Origin: Meiothermus sp.
Lineage (GTDB): Bacteria > Deinococcota > Deinococci > Deinococcales > Thermaceae
Length of the DNA: 64,000 bases
Assembly (NCBI GenBank): GCA_033762915.1
Contig: JANRLD010000081.1
Span: 1-64,000, forward strand
Direction of reading: 5' to 3'
Shown: in pieces, positions 1 to 10,208 of the stretch
Numbering within the stretch: the first letter of the stretch is position 1
Layout: every line of letters begins with the position of its first letter
Notes under the pieces: model-generated
What the model saw: only the letters and a program-made list of their open reading frames with translations
Databases searched by the model: none
Told to the model about the DNA's origin: nothing
Program-made: the position numbers and the translations under genes

Positions 1-169
1 CCTAAACCGGCGCCCCCCCCTGGGCTCAAAACCCCCTTGCCCCACTTGGCTTTTTCACGGGGGGGGGGGCATTGCCCACCGGGGGGGGGGGGGGGGGGGC
101 GGGGGCCGGGGGGTCAGCAGCGCGGCATCACTGCACACCTATAGCCTTGTTTTTTCACCTTCCCCAGTG

Positions 170-316
170 TCTCCATAGTGGAAGCACGACACGCGGGCCG
201 CTAATTCCCGCAGGGAATTGCGCCTCGGGTAGCCGCTCTGCGGCTATGGCGCACGCCACTCCGCCCAGGCTCGATGTAGCGCATCCGCCGATTCGACACT
301 TCCACCCTGGCGCAAC
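170..316 (+). repeat. Dispersed palindromic repeat, module A (copy 1)
   Basis: TCTCCATAGT...GGGAATTGCGCC(213-224)...CCCTGGCGCAAC(305-316); interior closely resembles 16718-16821; ends 2 nt from the TAG stop of the MFS gene. Confidence 0.8.
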
Positions 317-318
317 GC

Positions 319-1497
319 CTAGCCCCTCTTTTTCACCCCTACCCCCAGTCCCGCAGCCCTCGCCAGCATCCCCGCCCCCACCGCCGCACACACCAGCCCC
401 ACCGCCCAGAAGGTCGTGCCGAGGCCGAACTGCACCAGCGGCTGGGTGAGGATCGGCGAGACGAACTGGCCCAGGAAGATCGCGCCAGTGAGGCCGCCCA
501 GCACCCGGCCCCGGTTGTCGGGGCGGGTCAGGCTCATCAGCCAGATGCTGATGTTGGGGCTGTGCAGGCCCGCGCCCAGGCCCACCAGCACGAAGCCCAG
601 CAGCACCACCGGGATGCCGGGGGCCAGGCCCACCACCACCCAGCCCAGGCCCATCAAGAGCAGGCCCAGGCCGCTGATCTGGGGGAACTCGAGCCTCGAG
701 CGCACCCTGGAGTACTGCAGGGCCGTGAGGGCCGTGACCAGGGTCATGAAGGCCACCAGAAAGCCGGTCTGGCTGGCGCTGACGCCGAAGTCGCGCTGGA
801 GCCGGAAGGGGCCGTTGGCCGGGCCGACGTAAAACAACACCATCCCTGCGAAGGCCAGTAGGTACAGCGGCCAGACCGAAGCGGGCAGGCTGCCGGCCGT
901 ACCGGGCTGCGCAGCCTGCTTGGGCGGCTCGTAGAGCGCGGCCAGCGCGGTGGGCAGGATCAGCAGCGAGGCCAGGTAGACCAGGAAGGGGTAGTGCCAG
1001 TCCAAGCCCGCCAGTATCCCGCCCAGCGGCAAGAACACCACCCCCCCGAAGCCGGTGAAGGCCGACTGCAGGCCAACGAAGCGGTTGCGGGCGGCCCCCT
1101 GGAAGTAGTCGGCAATCAGGGCCGAGCTGGCGTTCATGGTGCCCGCCACCGCTAGCCCCAGGATCACCCGGCCGATCAGGAGCTGGCCCACGCTCTGCGC
1201 AAAGAAGCCCGAGACCCCCGCCAGCGCGTACAGGGCCAGCGAAAACAGCAGCAGCGGCTTGCGCCCGTAGCGGTCGGCCGCCCAGCCCACCAGCGGCGAG
1301 AACACCGCGATGGCCAACCCGATGATGGTCAGGACCAGCCGTACCTCGAGCTCGCTGCCCGGCTCGTGCTTAAAACGCTCCTGCATGGCCGGCAGCGCCG
1401 GTGCGATGGTGGCCCCCGACATGATGGTGAGCATCGAGGCCGCGAGCAGGGTGGCGCGGACCACGAAGGAGTCCGCGCTTCGGGCGGTAGGGGCCAT
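319..1497 (-). CDS. MFS transporter (drug:H+ antiporter-like)
   Basis: 392 aa, about 12 hydrophobic segments, MFS motif A GWAADRYGRK. Confidence 0.93.
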   Translation of the reverse strand: MAPTARSADSFVVRATLLAASMLTIMSGATIAPALPAMQERFKHEPGSELEVRLVLTIIGLAIAVFSPLVGWAADRYGRKPLLLFSLALYALAGVSGFFAQSVGQLLIGRVILGLAVAGTMNASSALIADYFQGAARNRFVGLQSAFTGFGGVVFLPLGGILAGLDWHYPFLVYLASLLILPTALAALYEPPKQAAQPGTAGSLPASVWPLYLLAFAGMVLFYVGPANGPFRLQRDFGVSASQTGFLVAFMTLVTALTALQYSRVRSRLEFPQISGLGLLLMGLGWVVVGLAPGIPVVLLGFVLVGLGAGLHSPNISIWLMSLTRPDNRGRVLGGLTGAIFLGQFVSPILTQPLVQFGLGTTFWAVGLVCAAVGAGMLARAAGLGVGVKKRG

Positions 1498-1681
1498 ATA
1501 AGGCGAACTCTACGCCCACACGGTAGGTGTAAAGCTGAGTTGATAGACGTTTGGGTAGCGATCAGCGATCAGCGGTCAGTGAAGACCTACTCGCAGGGAC
1601 TAACCATTGGCTAAAGGCCAATAGTTAACCGCTAAAAGCCCCTCTCTGACCACTGTTCCCTATTCCCCCGCCCACTGACCC

Positions 1682-2194
1682 CTACCGGGCCACCTCCCAG
1701 GCCAGGTGCTCGAGCTCCGGCTTGATGAGCTTGGTCCAGGCCACCATCACTGCGTTGGGGGAACCGGGGGTCGAGACCACCACCTTGCGGCGGTAGGTTC
1801 CGGCAGTGGCCCTCGAGAGCATCGCCGCCGCCCCCACCTCCGAGTAGGAGAGCATGCGGAACAGCTCCCCGAATCCCGGCATCGGCTTCTCGATCTTGCG
1901 CGAGAGCACGTCGTAGGTGGTGTCGCGGGGGGCGATGCCGGTGCCGCCGTTGAAGAGGATGATCTGCGCCCCGGCGTTCACCATGTCGTCGAGGGCCAGA
2001 CCCACCTGGTCGGGCTCGTCCTTAATGACGCGGTAGCCGACGATCTTGTGGCCCATGCCGGTGATTTCGGGCTCGAGGTAGTGGTAGTTGGTGTCGGTCT
2101 GCGGAGTGCGGGTGTCGGAGACGGTCACGACGGCCAGTGCCACCGGCCCCCTGGCCTTGGCGATCTCCTTGTGCTTGTCGGTGCTCTCAGACAT
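1682..2194 (-). CDS. moaB: Molybdenum cofactor biosynthesis protein, MoaB/MogA family
   Basis: [36 protein letters not shown] and PGSPNAV motifs. Confidence 0.92.
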   Translation of the reverse strand: MSESTDKHKEIAKARGPVALAVVTVSDTRTPQTDTNYHYLEPEITGMGHKIVGYRVIKDEPDQVGLALDDMVNAGAQIILFNGGTGIAPRDTTYDVLSRKIEKPMPGFGELFRMLSYSEVGAAAMLSRATAGTYRRKVVVSTPGSPNAVMVAWTKLIKPELEHLAWEVAR

Positions 2195-2402
2195 AGCCGG
2201 ATTATCACGGATGAGCGAGGAGAAGGGTAGGGCAGAAAGGGAATTGCGGCGCGGAGGTGGGAGTTCAAAGGCAAGGGTGTCCTCGACCCGCGGTGCTCGA
2301 GCGAAATATTCGCCGGCGGCGTTGCTGTCGCCGGGAGGCTCGAGGGCATAACGTCAACAGTAACTCAAGGCCAAGGGGGGCCACGAGCCCTAGACTGAGC
2401 CC

Positions 2403-2909
2403 ATGAGGCTCCTAGCTCTCGCGCTCGCCGCCACGCTCGCCGCCTGCGTTCCAGTGCAAAACCAGCCCGGGCCAGTTTCCCCCGCCGCCCCCGCCACGAC
2501 CCAGCCTGCCCCTGACGGGGCTGCGCTGTATCGGCAGAGTTGTGCGGGGTGTCACCAAGACACGGGGGCGGGCATTGAGGGCGTCTTCCCGCCGCTGGCC
2601 CGGCACGTCCCCGCGATCCTCAAGGCGGAGGGGGGACGCGGGTATCTGGCCAGAGTCCTGCTCTTCGGCCTGCAGGGCCCGATCCGGGCCCAGGGCAAGA
2701 ACTACAACGGCCGAATGCCCGCCTTCAGCGCCCTCGAGGACGCCCAGATTGCCGCCCTGCTCAACCACCTCAGCCGAAGCTGGGGCAACGCCGAACTCCT
2801 CCCCGGTTTCCGTAGCTACACCCTGGACGAGGTTGCGGCGCTGCGGGCCGACCGCCTGACGATGACCCGGATGCTCGAGCTGCGCGGCAGTCTGAGCCCG
2901 CAACCCTAG
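2403..2909 (+). CDS. Lipid-anchored class I c-type cytochrome (c552-like)
   Basis: Lipobox LAAC, heme motif CAGCH, GVFPPLA, distal Met in YNGRMPAF; TAGACT 6 nt upstream of ATG. Confidence 0.9.
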   Translation: MRLLALALAATLAACVPVQNQPGPVSPAAPATTQPAPDGAALYRQSCAGCHQDTGAGIEGVFPPLARHVPAILKAEGGRGYLARVLLFGLQGPIRAQGKNYNGRMPAFSALEDAQIAALLNHLSRSWGNAELLPGFRSYTLDEVAALRADRLTMTRMLELRGSLSPQP

Positions 2910-2960
2910 GTGCCCCCTCGATGCCGGCGCGAAACCCAGCCCAAGACCTAAAATACCTCT

Positions 2961-3836
2961 GTGAAACTCTTCGACGCCCGTCAGACCGCCGCCCTTCTCC
3001 CCTACCCCGAGCTGGCCCAGAGCATCGCCGAGGTCCTGCAGCAGCAGGACCAGGTGACCGCGCCTGAACGGCTGGTGGTGGGGCTGGCGGGGGGCGGAAG
3101 CCTGCTGCTGATGCCCGCCTCCGACCCCCGCATCACCGTGACCAAACTGGTGACGGTGCACCCGCAGCAGCGCCCCAGCATCCGGGCCGAGGTCTGGGTA
3201 ATGGACACCCAGAGCGGCGAGCGGCTGGCCCTGCTGGACGGGGCGGTGGTGACGGCGCGGCGCACGGCGGCGGTATCGCTGCTGGCCGCCCAAAAGCTGG
3301 CCACCCAGCCGGAGGGCAGCCTGCTGGTGGTGGGGGCGGGCGCGCAAGGCCGGAGCCACCTCGAGGCCCTCCGGGCTGGACTGGGAACGCGGCAGGCCTT
3401 TATCTACTCGCGCAGCCCTGAGAGCGCCCAGGCACTGGCCGAGTACGCGCAACGCCTGGGGATGCAGGCCGAGGCGGTGGGAGACCTCGAGGCTGCCCTC
3501 GAGCAGGCCACCCTGATCGTCACCGCCACCACCAGCACCGCCCCCCTACTCCACCGCGCCCGCCCCGACGCCTTCATCGCCGCCGTGGGGGCCTACAAGC
3601 CCAGCATGGTCGAGGTCGCCCCCGAGCTGGTGCACCAATCCCGGCTCTACGCCGACACCCTGGCCGGGGCCCGCCACGAGGCGGGCGACTACCTCCAAGC
3701 GGGAATAGACTGGGACCAGGTCACCGGCCTGGACGCTGCCCTCGAGGCCCCCAGGCCCGGCGGCAGGGTGCTGTTCAAGAGCGTGGGCCATGCGCTGTGG
3801 GACCTGGCGGCGGCGAGGTTGGCGGTTAGCGGATAG
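2961..3836 (+). CDS. Ornithine cyclodeaminase/mu-crystallin family protein (possible delta1-pyrroline-2-carboxylate reductase)
   Basis: VTARRTAAVS, VVGAGAQG, AVGAYKP and FKSVGHALWDLAAA motifs. Confidence 0.9.
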   Translation: MKLFDARQTAALLPYPELAQSIAEVLQQQDQVTAPERLVVGLAGGGSLLLMPASDPRITVTKLVTVHPQQRPSIRAEVWVMDTQSGERLALLDGAVVTARRTAAVSLLAAQKLATQPEGSLLVVGAGAQGRSHLEALRAGLGTRQAFIYSRSPESAQALAEYAQRLGMQAEAVGDLEAALEQATLIVTATTSTAPLLHRARPDAFIAAVGAYKPSMVEVAPELVHQSRLYADTLAGARHEAGDYLQAGIDWDQVTGLDAALEAPRPGGRVLFKSVGHALWDLAAARLAVSG

Positions 3837-3927
3837 CCGGAGAGGAGGGAGGACGGAGGGAGAGGTCCCAGGCGGATGACCCCTTCCTCCGCCCTCTTCT
3901 ACATTTCGTCTACCCGCGGCCCTCCGC

Positions 3928-5463
3928 TCAGGGCAGCAGCCGCAGCCCCAGTCTGGGCGCCTCGGTGGGGTAGAGGTCGCCGAGGGCAACCACGGCCACG
4001 CGCATCACCCCGCGCTTGCCCTCGAGCTGGTCGGCCAAGTTGATGAACTCTTGCAGGGGGATACCGCCTTGCTCGAGCTTCTCGGGGATCCAGTTGGCCT
4101 GCACCAGGCGGTTGTGGGCCAGCTGGTTGAGGGCCTCGAGGCGGCGCTGAATCTCGCCGCCGGTGATGGGGGCGGTCAGGCTGGCGGTGGCCAGCACCTC
4201 GCCGGTGCTGAAGACCTGCTCGCGCAGACGGAACTCGAGGCGAACGCGGGCCTTGCCCTCAGGGCTGACCCCGCTCACGCGGGCGATCAGCAGGCCGGCC
4301 TGGCCGCTGGCAGCGGCGTTCTCGACCACCTCGAGGCCCCGCAGCCCCAGCAGACGGGCGCGGCTCTCGGCCCGGCGCAGCAGCTCGGCCAGATTGTCCT
4401 GCTCGAAGCCGGGGAGGGTGGGGGTCTCGGCCAGGGCCGCGCCGCCCAGGGCCTTGTCCAGGCTGGCGGTGATCTGGCGGCTGCGTTCGCGGGCGAGTTG
4501 AAGGTCGCGCTGGGCGGTCTGGAGGGTGCTGCGGAGTTGGAGGATTTCGGTTCGGGCCGCCTCGAGCTGGACGCGCAGGGGGTTTTCGGCGGGCTGCTCG
4601 GTGGGGTTGATGCTGGCCTGGGTGCTGGCCGCGATCAGCACCGAAACGTCGCCCTCGAGGTTGCGCTTTTCGGCTTCCAGGCCGCGCTTTTCGGCTTCCA
4701 GGCTCTGCTTCTGCGCCTCGAGCTGGCGGCTGCGGGCTTGTAGGGCGCGGCTGCGGGTCTCGAGTTCGGTCACGCGGGTCTGGAGGGTTTGCTCGCGCCG
4801 CTGGAGGTCGCTGAAGCGGCTCAGGGCATTGCGGCTGGCGGCCTCGAGGGCGGTGAGCTGCTGCTGGGCGCGGTCGGCCCGCTCGGCGAGCTGGCTCTGG
4901 TTAGACAGAAGCTGGGCGCGGCTGGCCTGCAGTTGGTCTTTCTCGCCGGCAATCTGCTGGCGGCTGGCCTCGAGGCGCTGTAGCTCGGCGCGCTGCTTCC
5001 CGACCTGCTGGGCCAGCTTCTCCTGCTCGATCAGGGCATTCTCTAGATCCTGGCGGGTCTGTTTTTGAAGCTCAACGTTGCTCTCGAGCTGCTTGGCCTG
5101 CTGCTCGATGTTGCGCTCGAACTCCGAGCGCTCGCTCTTGAGCCGCTCGTTCTCGCTGAAGGTGGCGGCGGCGCGGTTCTCCAGGCGCTCCACTTCGGCC
5201 TGGAGCCGGTTGCGCTCCTGGCGCACCTGCTCGGCCTGGAGGATGGTCTCCCGCGCGTCGCGCACGCTCAGGAAGAAGGCGCTAAAGGCCCCCAGTGCGA
5301 TCAGCATACCGGTGCCCACCGCCACCAACGTGCCAGTAGTGCGCGGGCGCAGCCCGAACAGCCGCCAGTGCCACTTGCCCACGCGCTTCGCCACCGCGTC
5401 GCCCACATAGGCCACGACCCCGGCGACAACCAGCAGCAGAATGAGGATAGCCCAGAAAGTCAT
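3928..5463 (-). CDS. DUF3084-type membrane-anchored coiled-coil protein
   Basis: N-terminal VAYVGD..KRVGK..RLFGLRPRTT with TM helices, long coiled coil, position downstream of lptB; start set at MTFW. Confidence 0.8.
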   Translation of the reverse strand: MTFWAILILLLVVAGVVAYVGDAVAKRVGKWHWRLFGLRPRTTGTLVAVGTGMLIALGAFSAFFLSVRDARETILQAEQVRQERNRLQAEVERLENRAAATFSENERLKSERSEFERNIEQQAKQLESNVELQKQTRQDLENALIEQEKLAQQVGKQRAELQRLEASRQQIAGEKDQLQASRAQLLSNQSQLAERADRAQQQLTALEAASRNALSRFSDLQRREQTLQTRVTELETRSRALQARSRQLEAQKQSLEAEKRGLEAEKRNLEGDVSVLIAASTQASINPTEQPAENPLRVQLEAARTEILQLRSTLQTAQRDLQLARERSRQITASLDKALGGAALAETPTLPGFEQDNLAELLRRAESRARLLGLRGLEVVENAAASGQAGLLIARVSGVSPEGKARVRLEFRLREQVFSTGEVLATASLTAPITGGEIQRRLEALNQLAHNRLVQANWIPEKLEQGGIPLQEFINLADQLEGKRGVMRVAVVALGDLYPTEAPRLGLRLLP

Positions 5464-5576
5464 AAGGAGAGGAGATGATGCGGTGAGCAATGAGCGCTAA
5501 GCAGTAAAGTGGCGTAGGGATCAGGGATCGAGTAACCGCACGCGGGGCTGTTGAGCGTTCCCCGTTCCCTCTCCCC

Positions 5577-6347
5577 TCACAGCTTGTAATCCTGGCCCAG
5601 GTAATGCACCCGCACCTCGTCGTCCTGAGCGAACTGGGCGGGAGTGCCCTGGAAGACAGTCCTGCCCTCGGCCATCAGGTAGATGCGGTCGGCGATGGCC
5701 ACGGTCTCGCGCACCGAGTGGTCGGTGATGAAGATGCCCACCCCGCGCCGCTCGCGCAGTTCAAAGATGAGGCGCTGGATGTCGTGAACGTTCTTGGGAT
5801 CCACGCCGGTGAAGGGCTCGTCAAGCAGGATGAAGTCGGGGTTAGTACAGAGGCAGCGGGCAATCTCGAGCCGCCGCCGCTCCCCACCGGAGAGGGTGTA
5901 GGCGAACTTGTCCTTGAGGTGGGTGATCCCCAATTCCTCCAGCAGGCTCATGGCCCGCTCGGTGCGCTCGGCCCGGGTGAGTTTCTGGAACTCCAGCACC
6001 GCCAGGAGGTTCTCCAGGGCGGTCATGCGGCGGAAAGCCGAGGGCTCCTGAGGAAGGTAGCCCAGGCCTAGCCTGGCCCGCTTGTACATGGGCAGCCGGG
6101 TCACGTCCTGCCCGCCCAGGCTGATCTGCCCGGCGCTGGGCTCCACAAAACCCACCATCATGTAGAAGCTGGTGGTCTTCCCCGCCCCGTTGGGGCCGAA
6201 CAGCGCCACGATCTCGCCCCTCGAGACCTCGAAAGACACCCCCCGCACCACCTCGCGACGGCCGTAGCGCTTGTGCAGGTCGCGGGCCTCGAGGCGGGTG
6301 GAAGACTTGGGGGCCGCAGTGTAGTAGGAATGAACCGCCGTCTCCAT
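5577..6347 (-). CDS. lptB: LptB-type ABC ATP-binding protein
   Basis: [50 protein letters not shown]. Confidence 0.92.
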   Translation of the reverse strand: METAVHSYYTAAPKSSTRLEARDLHKRYGRREVVRGVSFEVSRGEIVALFGPNGAGKTTSFYMMVGFVEPSAGQISLGGQDVTRLPMYKRARLGLGYLPQEPSAFRRMTALENLLAVLEFQKLTRAERTERAMSLLEELGITHLKDKFAYTLSGGERRRLEIARCLCTNPDFILLDEPFTGVDPKNVHDIQRLIFELRERRGVGIFITDHSVRETVAIADRIYLMAEGRTVFQGTPAQFAQDDEVRVHYLGQDYKL

Positions 6348-6527
6348 TGGGACTCAGCCTACCATCAGGGGCTTAGCTAGCCGTGAGATTCTGCACCTTG
6401 GGCCGTTGGGGGCTTGAGCGGCATTCAGGGGGATGCCTGTCGGCTAAGCTTTATCATATCCCCAGGTCGGCCAACGCCGGCCTCCCGAACGGGCGGGCCT
6501 CTAGGCAGTCCCCCATCCCTACCGACC

Positions 6528-6908
6528 ATGCTTTTCGACGACGATCCCCCCGACAGCGCAGGCAGGAAGCCGCACGGCCTGAAGTGGGTTCGGGCCTTTG
6601 ACGGGCGGCTGTACAACGTGGCGGCGTTCGGGAGTTTTTACGTGCAGACCCGCTCCGAGGCCGTACATGACAAGCAGAGCGGGCGGGCGGTGAAGAAGCG
6701 GGTCTTCCGGGTCTGCGGCCACTACGGCCGGGAGGAAGTGACCCTCAGCCACCCCTTCAGCGAGGAGGACATCGCCCAGAAGGTGCTCTCGGAGGTCTTC
6801 GAGTTCATCGACCGTGGCGACAAGTCCACCTTTGACCTGATGCCCTTCGAGATCGCGGTGGTAACCATGGCGAAGCTGGGGAAGTTGCTCGAGGGGGAAG
6901 AGGGTTGA
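6528..6908 (+). CDS. Hypothetical protein
   Basis: 126-aa ORF with host-like codon usage; no family recognised. Confidence 0.65.
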   Translation: MLFDDDPPDSAGRKPHGLKWVRAFDGRLYNVAAFGSFYVQTRSEAVHDKQSGRAVKKRVFRVCGHYGREEVTLSHPFSEEDIAQKVLSEVFEFIDRGDKSTFDLMPFEIAVVTMAKLGKLLEGEEG

Positions 6909-6980
6909 GGGCATTTGGCAATGAGCGGTTAGCCGTTAGCTACAGGCGAAAAGCCAATTGCTGACCGCCGGAGGAGTCCC

Positions 6981-8036
6981 ATGCAGACCAAACGGGTCAT
7001 CACGGTGGTGGGCTGCCACGCCGCAGGCGAGGTGGGGGACGTGATCGTGGGCGGGGTGCTGCCGCCTGCAGGGGCGACCATGTTCGAGAAGATGCGCACC
7101 TTCGAGCGCGAGCAGGATCACATCCGGCGAATGCTGATCCTGGAGCCCCGGGGCAGCGTGGCCCGGCACGTCAACCTGATTGTGCCCGCCACGCGACCCG
7201 ACTGCCAGGCCGGGGCCATCATCATGGAGCCGACCGAGTACCCGCCGATGAGCGGTTCGAACACCATGTGCGTCGTGACGGTGCTGCTGGAGACAGGGAT
7301 GGTGGCGATGGAGGAGCCCGTCACCACGCTGCGCCTGGACATGCCCGCCGGGGTGGTGGAGGCGCGGGCGAGGTGCCGGGGCGGCAAGGTCGAGCGGGTA
7401 GAGTTCGACAACGTGCCCGCCTTCGCGCTCAGGCTGGGGGCGGTGCTCGAGGTAGGCGGGGTCGGGACGGTGTCCGTGGACATCGCCTACGGTGGAATGC
7501 TCTACGCCATCGCCGACGCCCAGGCCCTGGGGTTCGCGCTCGAGCCGCACGAGGCCCGCGACCTCTCGCTGATGGGCGAGCGGATACGGCAGGCGGCGAG
7601 AGAACAGGTCGAGGCGGTTCACCCCGATAACCCCCAGATCAGTGGGGTCAGCATCGTGCAACTGGCCCAGCCCTTTCAGGGGGTCGGGCAGGTCAGCCGC
7701 AGCGCGGTCAGCGTGGCGCCAGGCCGCCTCGACCGCAGCCCCACCGGCACAGCGCTCTCGGCCCGGCTGGCGGTGCTGCACGCCAGGGGCCAGATGCAGG
7801 TCGGCGAGCACATGACCCAGGAATCAGTGATCGGCTCGAGGTTCGTCGGCAAGGTCACGGCCCTGGCCAGAGTGGGCGACCTCCCCGCCGTCGTCCCCAC
7901 CATCGGAGGCCAGGCCTGGATCACCGGCCTGCACCAATATTTCACAGACCCCACCGACCCCTTCCCCGCCGGATACGTCCTCAGCGACACCTGGGGCGTG
8001 AGCGGGAAGACCGCGACCAGCCAGGAGAAGGTCTGA
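6981..8036 (+). CDS. Proline racemase family protein, Ser/Thr type (possible trans-3-hydroxy-L-proline dehydratase)
   Basis: HAAGEVG, LEPRG, PPMSGSN and DRSPTGT; Ser and Thr replace the two racemase cysteines; GGAG RBS. Confidence 0.9.
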   Translation: MQTKRVITVVGCHAAGEVGDVIVGGVLPPAGATMFEKMRTFEREQDHIRRMLILEPRGSVARHVNLIVPATRPDCQAGAIIMEPTEYPPMSGSNTMCVVTVLLETGMVAMEEPVTTLRLDMPAGVVEARARCRGGKVERVEFDNVPAFALRLGAVLEVGGVGTVSVDIAYGGMLYAIADAQALGFALEPHEARDLSLMGERIRQAAREQVEAVHPDNPQISGVSIVQLAQPFQGVGQVSRSAVSVAPGRLDRSPTGTALSARLAVLHARGQMQVGEHMTQESVIGSRFVGKVTALARVGDLPAVVPTIGGQAWITGLHQYFTDPTDPFPAGYVLSDTWGVSGKTATSQEKV

Positions 8037-8151
8037 ACGCAAGGCGTCGAGACCGGCGTGGGGCGTGGGTATCGAGGGGCGGGCCTTGATGCAAGAGATG
8101 GGCCTCCCTGCACCCCTCTTGCCCTCTTGTAGCCCAGTGTACTATAACTAA

Positions 8152-8163
8152 TGGTACGAACCA
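8152..8163. promoter_or_regulatory. Candidate GntR/HutC-type operator
   Basis: Palindrome TGGTACGAACCA just after a TACTAT/TATAAC -10-like tract upstream of the GntR gene. Confidence 0.45.
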
Positions 8164-8173
8164 CCGTATCACT

Positions 8174-8962
8174 ATGGCCATCAACCTGCCCGTCAGTCTG
8201 CAAACCCTCAACCCCAAGGGGGACACGCCGCTGTACGTGCAACTCAAGGAGGCGCTGCTCTCGCTGCTGCACAGCGGGGATTGGCCCGAGGGAAGGCCGC
8301 TGCCGTCGGAGCGAGAGCTTTCGGAGGGCCTGAGGGTCTCGAGATCCACGGTCCGCCAGGCCATCCATGAACTCGAGCTGGAGGGTTGGCTCTCACGCCA
8401 GCAAGGGCGAGGGACGTTCCTGGTGCAGACCAAGGTCGAGCAGCCCCTGGAGATGATCACCAGCTTCTCCGAGAACATGAAGCAGGCGGGCATCCGGGCC
8501 GAGTCGCGGCTGCTCGCGGCGGCGCTCGAGGCGGCCCCGCCGCGCATCTCGAAGGCGCTCGGACTTCGCCCGAACAGCGTGATCGCGGTGATTACCCGGC
8601 TGCGCATCGCCGACGGCCTACCGCTGATGGTCGAGCGCTCTCACCTCAACTACGGGCTGGTTCCGGGCATCCTCGAGCGAAACCTCGAGGGCTCGCTCTA
8701 CGAGCTGCTGCACAGCGCCTACCGCCTCCAGTTCGCACAGGGGGTGGAGAGCCTCGAGGCCCTGATCGCCGAGCCCTGGCTGGCCAAGCTGCTGGGCATC
8801 AAGCGGGGTGCACCCGTGCTCTACACCGAGCGCACCGTCTTCACCGACACGGGGGTGGCGCTCGAGTTTACCCAGCGCTACGGACGCGCCGACAAGTGCA
8901 GCTTCCGGGTGACGCTGCACGGAGACAACACGCAGATCACGGTGAAGGAGGCTGGTAGCTAG
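8174..8962 (+). CDS. GntR family regulator, HutC subfamily (UTRA domain)
   Basis: PLYVQLK, LPSEREL, VSRSTVRQAI, QGRGTF, C-terminal UTRA-like region. Confidence 0.93.
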   Translation: MAINLPVSLQTLNPKGDTPLYVQLKEALLSLLHSGDWPEGRPLPSERELSEGLRVSRSTVRQAIHELELEGWLSRQQGRGTFLVQTKVEQPLEMITSFSENMKQAGIRAESRLLAAALEAAPPRISKALGLRPNSVIAVITRLRIADGLPLMVERSHLNYGLVPGILERNLEGSLYELLHSAYRLQFAQGVESLEALIAEPWLAKLLGIKRGAPVLYTERTVFTDTGVALEFTQRYGRADKCSFRVTLHGDNTQITVKEAGS

Positions 8963-9030
8963 TGGAATGTGGCTAGCGGCCCGTATAGACACCACAAGGC
9001 CGCTAGCCCCAGCCCACAGGCCAAAAACCT

Positions 9031-9810
9031 ATGGAATCCAAACCCGCCCACGACTACCTCGACGGCTGCGAAGCCATTCTCAAGCGGGTGCGCGAGACCC
9101 AGATGGAGCGAATCGCCACGGCGGCTGAGTGGTGCGCCGAGACCATCCACCGGCGGGGGCTGGTGCATCTGTTTGGCAACGGGCACAGCCGGATGGCGGT
9201 GGAGGAAATCTGGCCACGCTACGGGAGTTTTCCCGGCTTCCACCCCATCGTCGAGCTTTCCATGACCAATCACACCCAGGTGGTGGGGGCCAACGGACAG
9301 CGGCAGGCCATGTGGATCGAGCGACAGGAGGGGCTGGGGCAGATCATCCTGCGCAACTTCGTGCTGCGCGACTACGACGTGATGATGGTCTTCTCCACCA
9401 GCGGCAACAACGGCGTGGTGGTGGACGTGGCCCTCGAGGCCAAGCGCCAGGGCCTAAAGGTAATCGCGGTGATCGCCGAGGGGTACGCCCGGATGCTCCC
9501 GCCCGGCCACTCCAGCGGCCGGCGACTGCACGACATCGCCGACCTGGTGATCGACAACTGCGCGGTGCCCGGCGACGCCATGGTGGAAATCGAGGGGCTG
9601 GACGTGCCGGTGGGGCCGGGCTCGACGATTGGGAACACGGCGGTGGTGAACAGCCTCAAGTGCCTGGTGGCCGCCCGGCTCACCGAGTTGGGCGAGCCGC
9701 CGCTGGCCCTGGCGGGGGCCTGGAAGATGGGCAAGGAGGCCAGCGCCAAGCGCTTCGACGACGCCTACGACGACCACCGCGAGCGGGTCAAAATTGTTTA
9801 CGGAGGCTGA
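9031..9810 (+). CDS. SIS (sugar isomerase) domain protein
   Basis: HLFGNGHSR, FSTSGNN, ADLVIDN, PGDA and GPGST motifs. Confidence 0.88.
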   Translation: MESKPAHDYLDGCEAILKRVRETQMERIATAAEWCAETIHRRGLVHLFGNGHSRMAVEEIWPRYGSFPGFHPIVELSMTNHTQVVGANGQRQAMWIERQEGLGQIILRNFVLRDYDVMMVFSTSGNNGVVVDVALEAKRQGLKVIAVIAEGYARMLPPGHSSGRRLHDIADLVIDNCAVPGDAMVEIEGLDVPVGPGSTIGNTAVVNSLKCLVAARLTELGEPPLALAGAWKMGKEASAKRFDDAYDDHRERVKIVYGG

Positions 9811-9813
9811 CTC

Positions 9814-10206
9814 GTGATTGATTGGAAGGTGATGACCCAGGAGATGACCCAAATTGGCGAGATTCTGGCTTTTCCTCCTGGGTATGATCAACAAAGGGAT
9901 GGATGTTGTTTTCCTGACTGGAGCTATCAAGGCGCTTTGTTAGTCCATTTTCAAACTGGCAGTGTGATGGTTGAGTACGATGGCGGGCTGTTCAAAGGTG
10001 CGGATTTGGGCTATTTGCAAAAGTCGTTATCTTGGACACTAGACCGGTATGAGGGTGCACCCGACTCTATCAACCACCTTGATCTATCGTCGTTTGAGTC
10101 TGTGCCCCTAAAACGGGATGTCATTGTCCAAATCTTGAGCAAAACCCTCGAGATGAATCAACAAGCCAAAGAACTCAATGCCTGTCTGGTGTTTTCGGGA
10201 GATTGA
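9814..10206 (+). CDS. Small AT-rich acidic hypothetical protein inserted in operon
   Basis: 130-aa open frame that exactly fills the SIS-SDR gap; many A/T-ending codons unlike its neighbours. Confidence 0.7.
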   Translation: MIDWKVMTQEMTQIGEILAFPPGYDQQRDGCCFPDWSYQGALLVHFQTGSVMVEYDGGLFKGADLGYLQKSLSWTLDRYEGAPDSINHLDLSSFESVPLKRDVIVQILSKTLEMNQQAKELNACLVFSGD

Positions 10207-10208
10207 CT

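Noticed and set aside
1..160. Long G and C homopolymer runs, possible G-quadruplex or Gly-rich ORF (72-449)
   Set aside because: Atypical of the rest of the window and at its edge; most consistent with low-quality sequence
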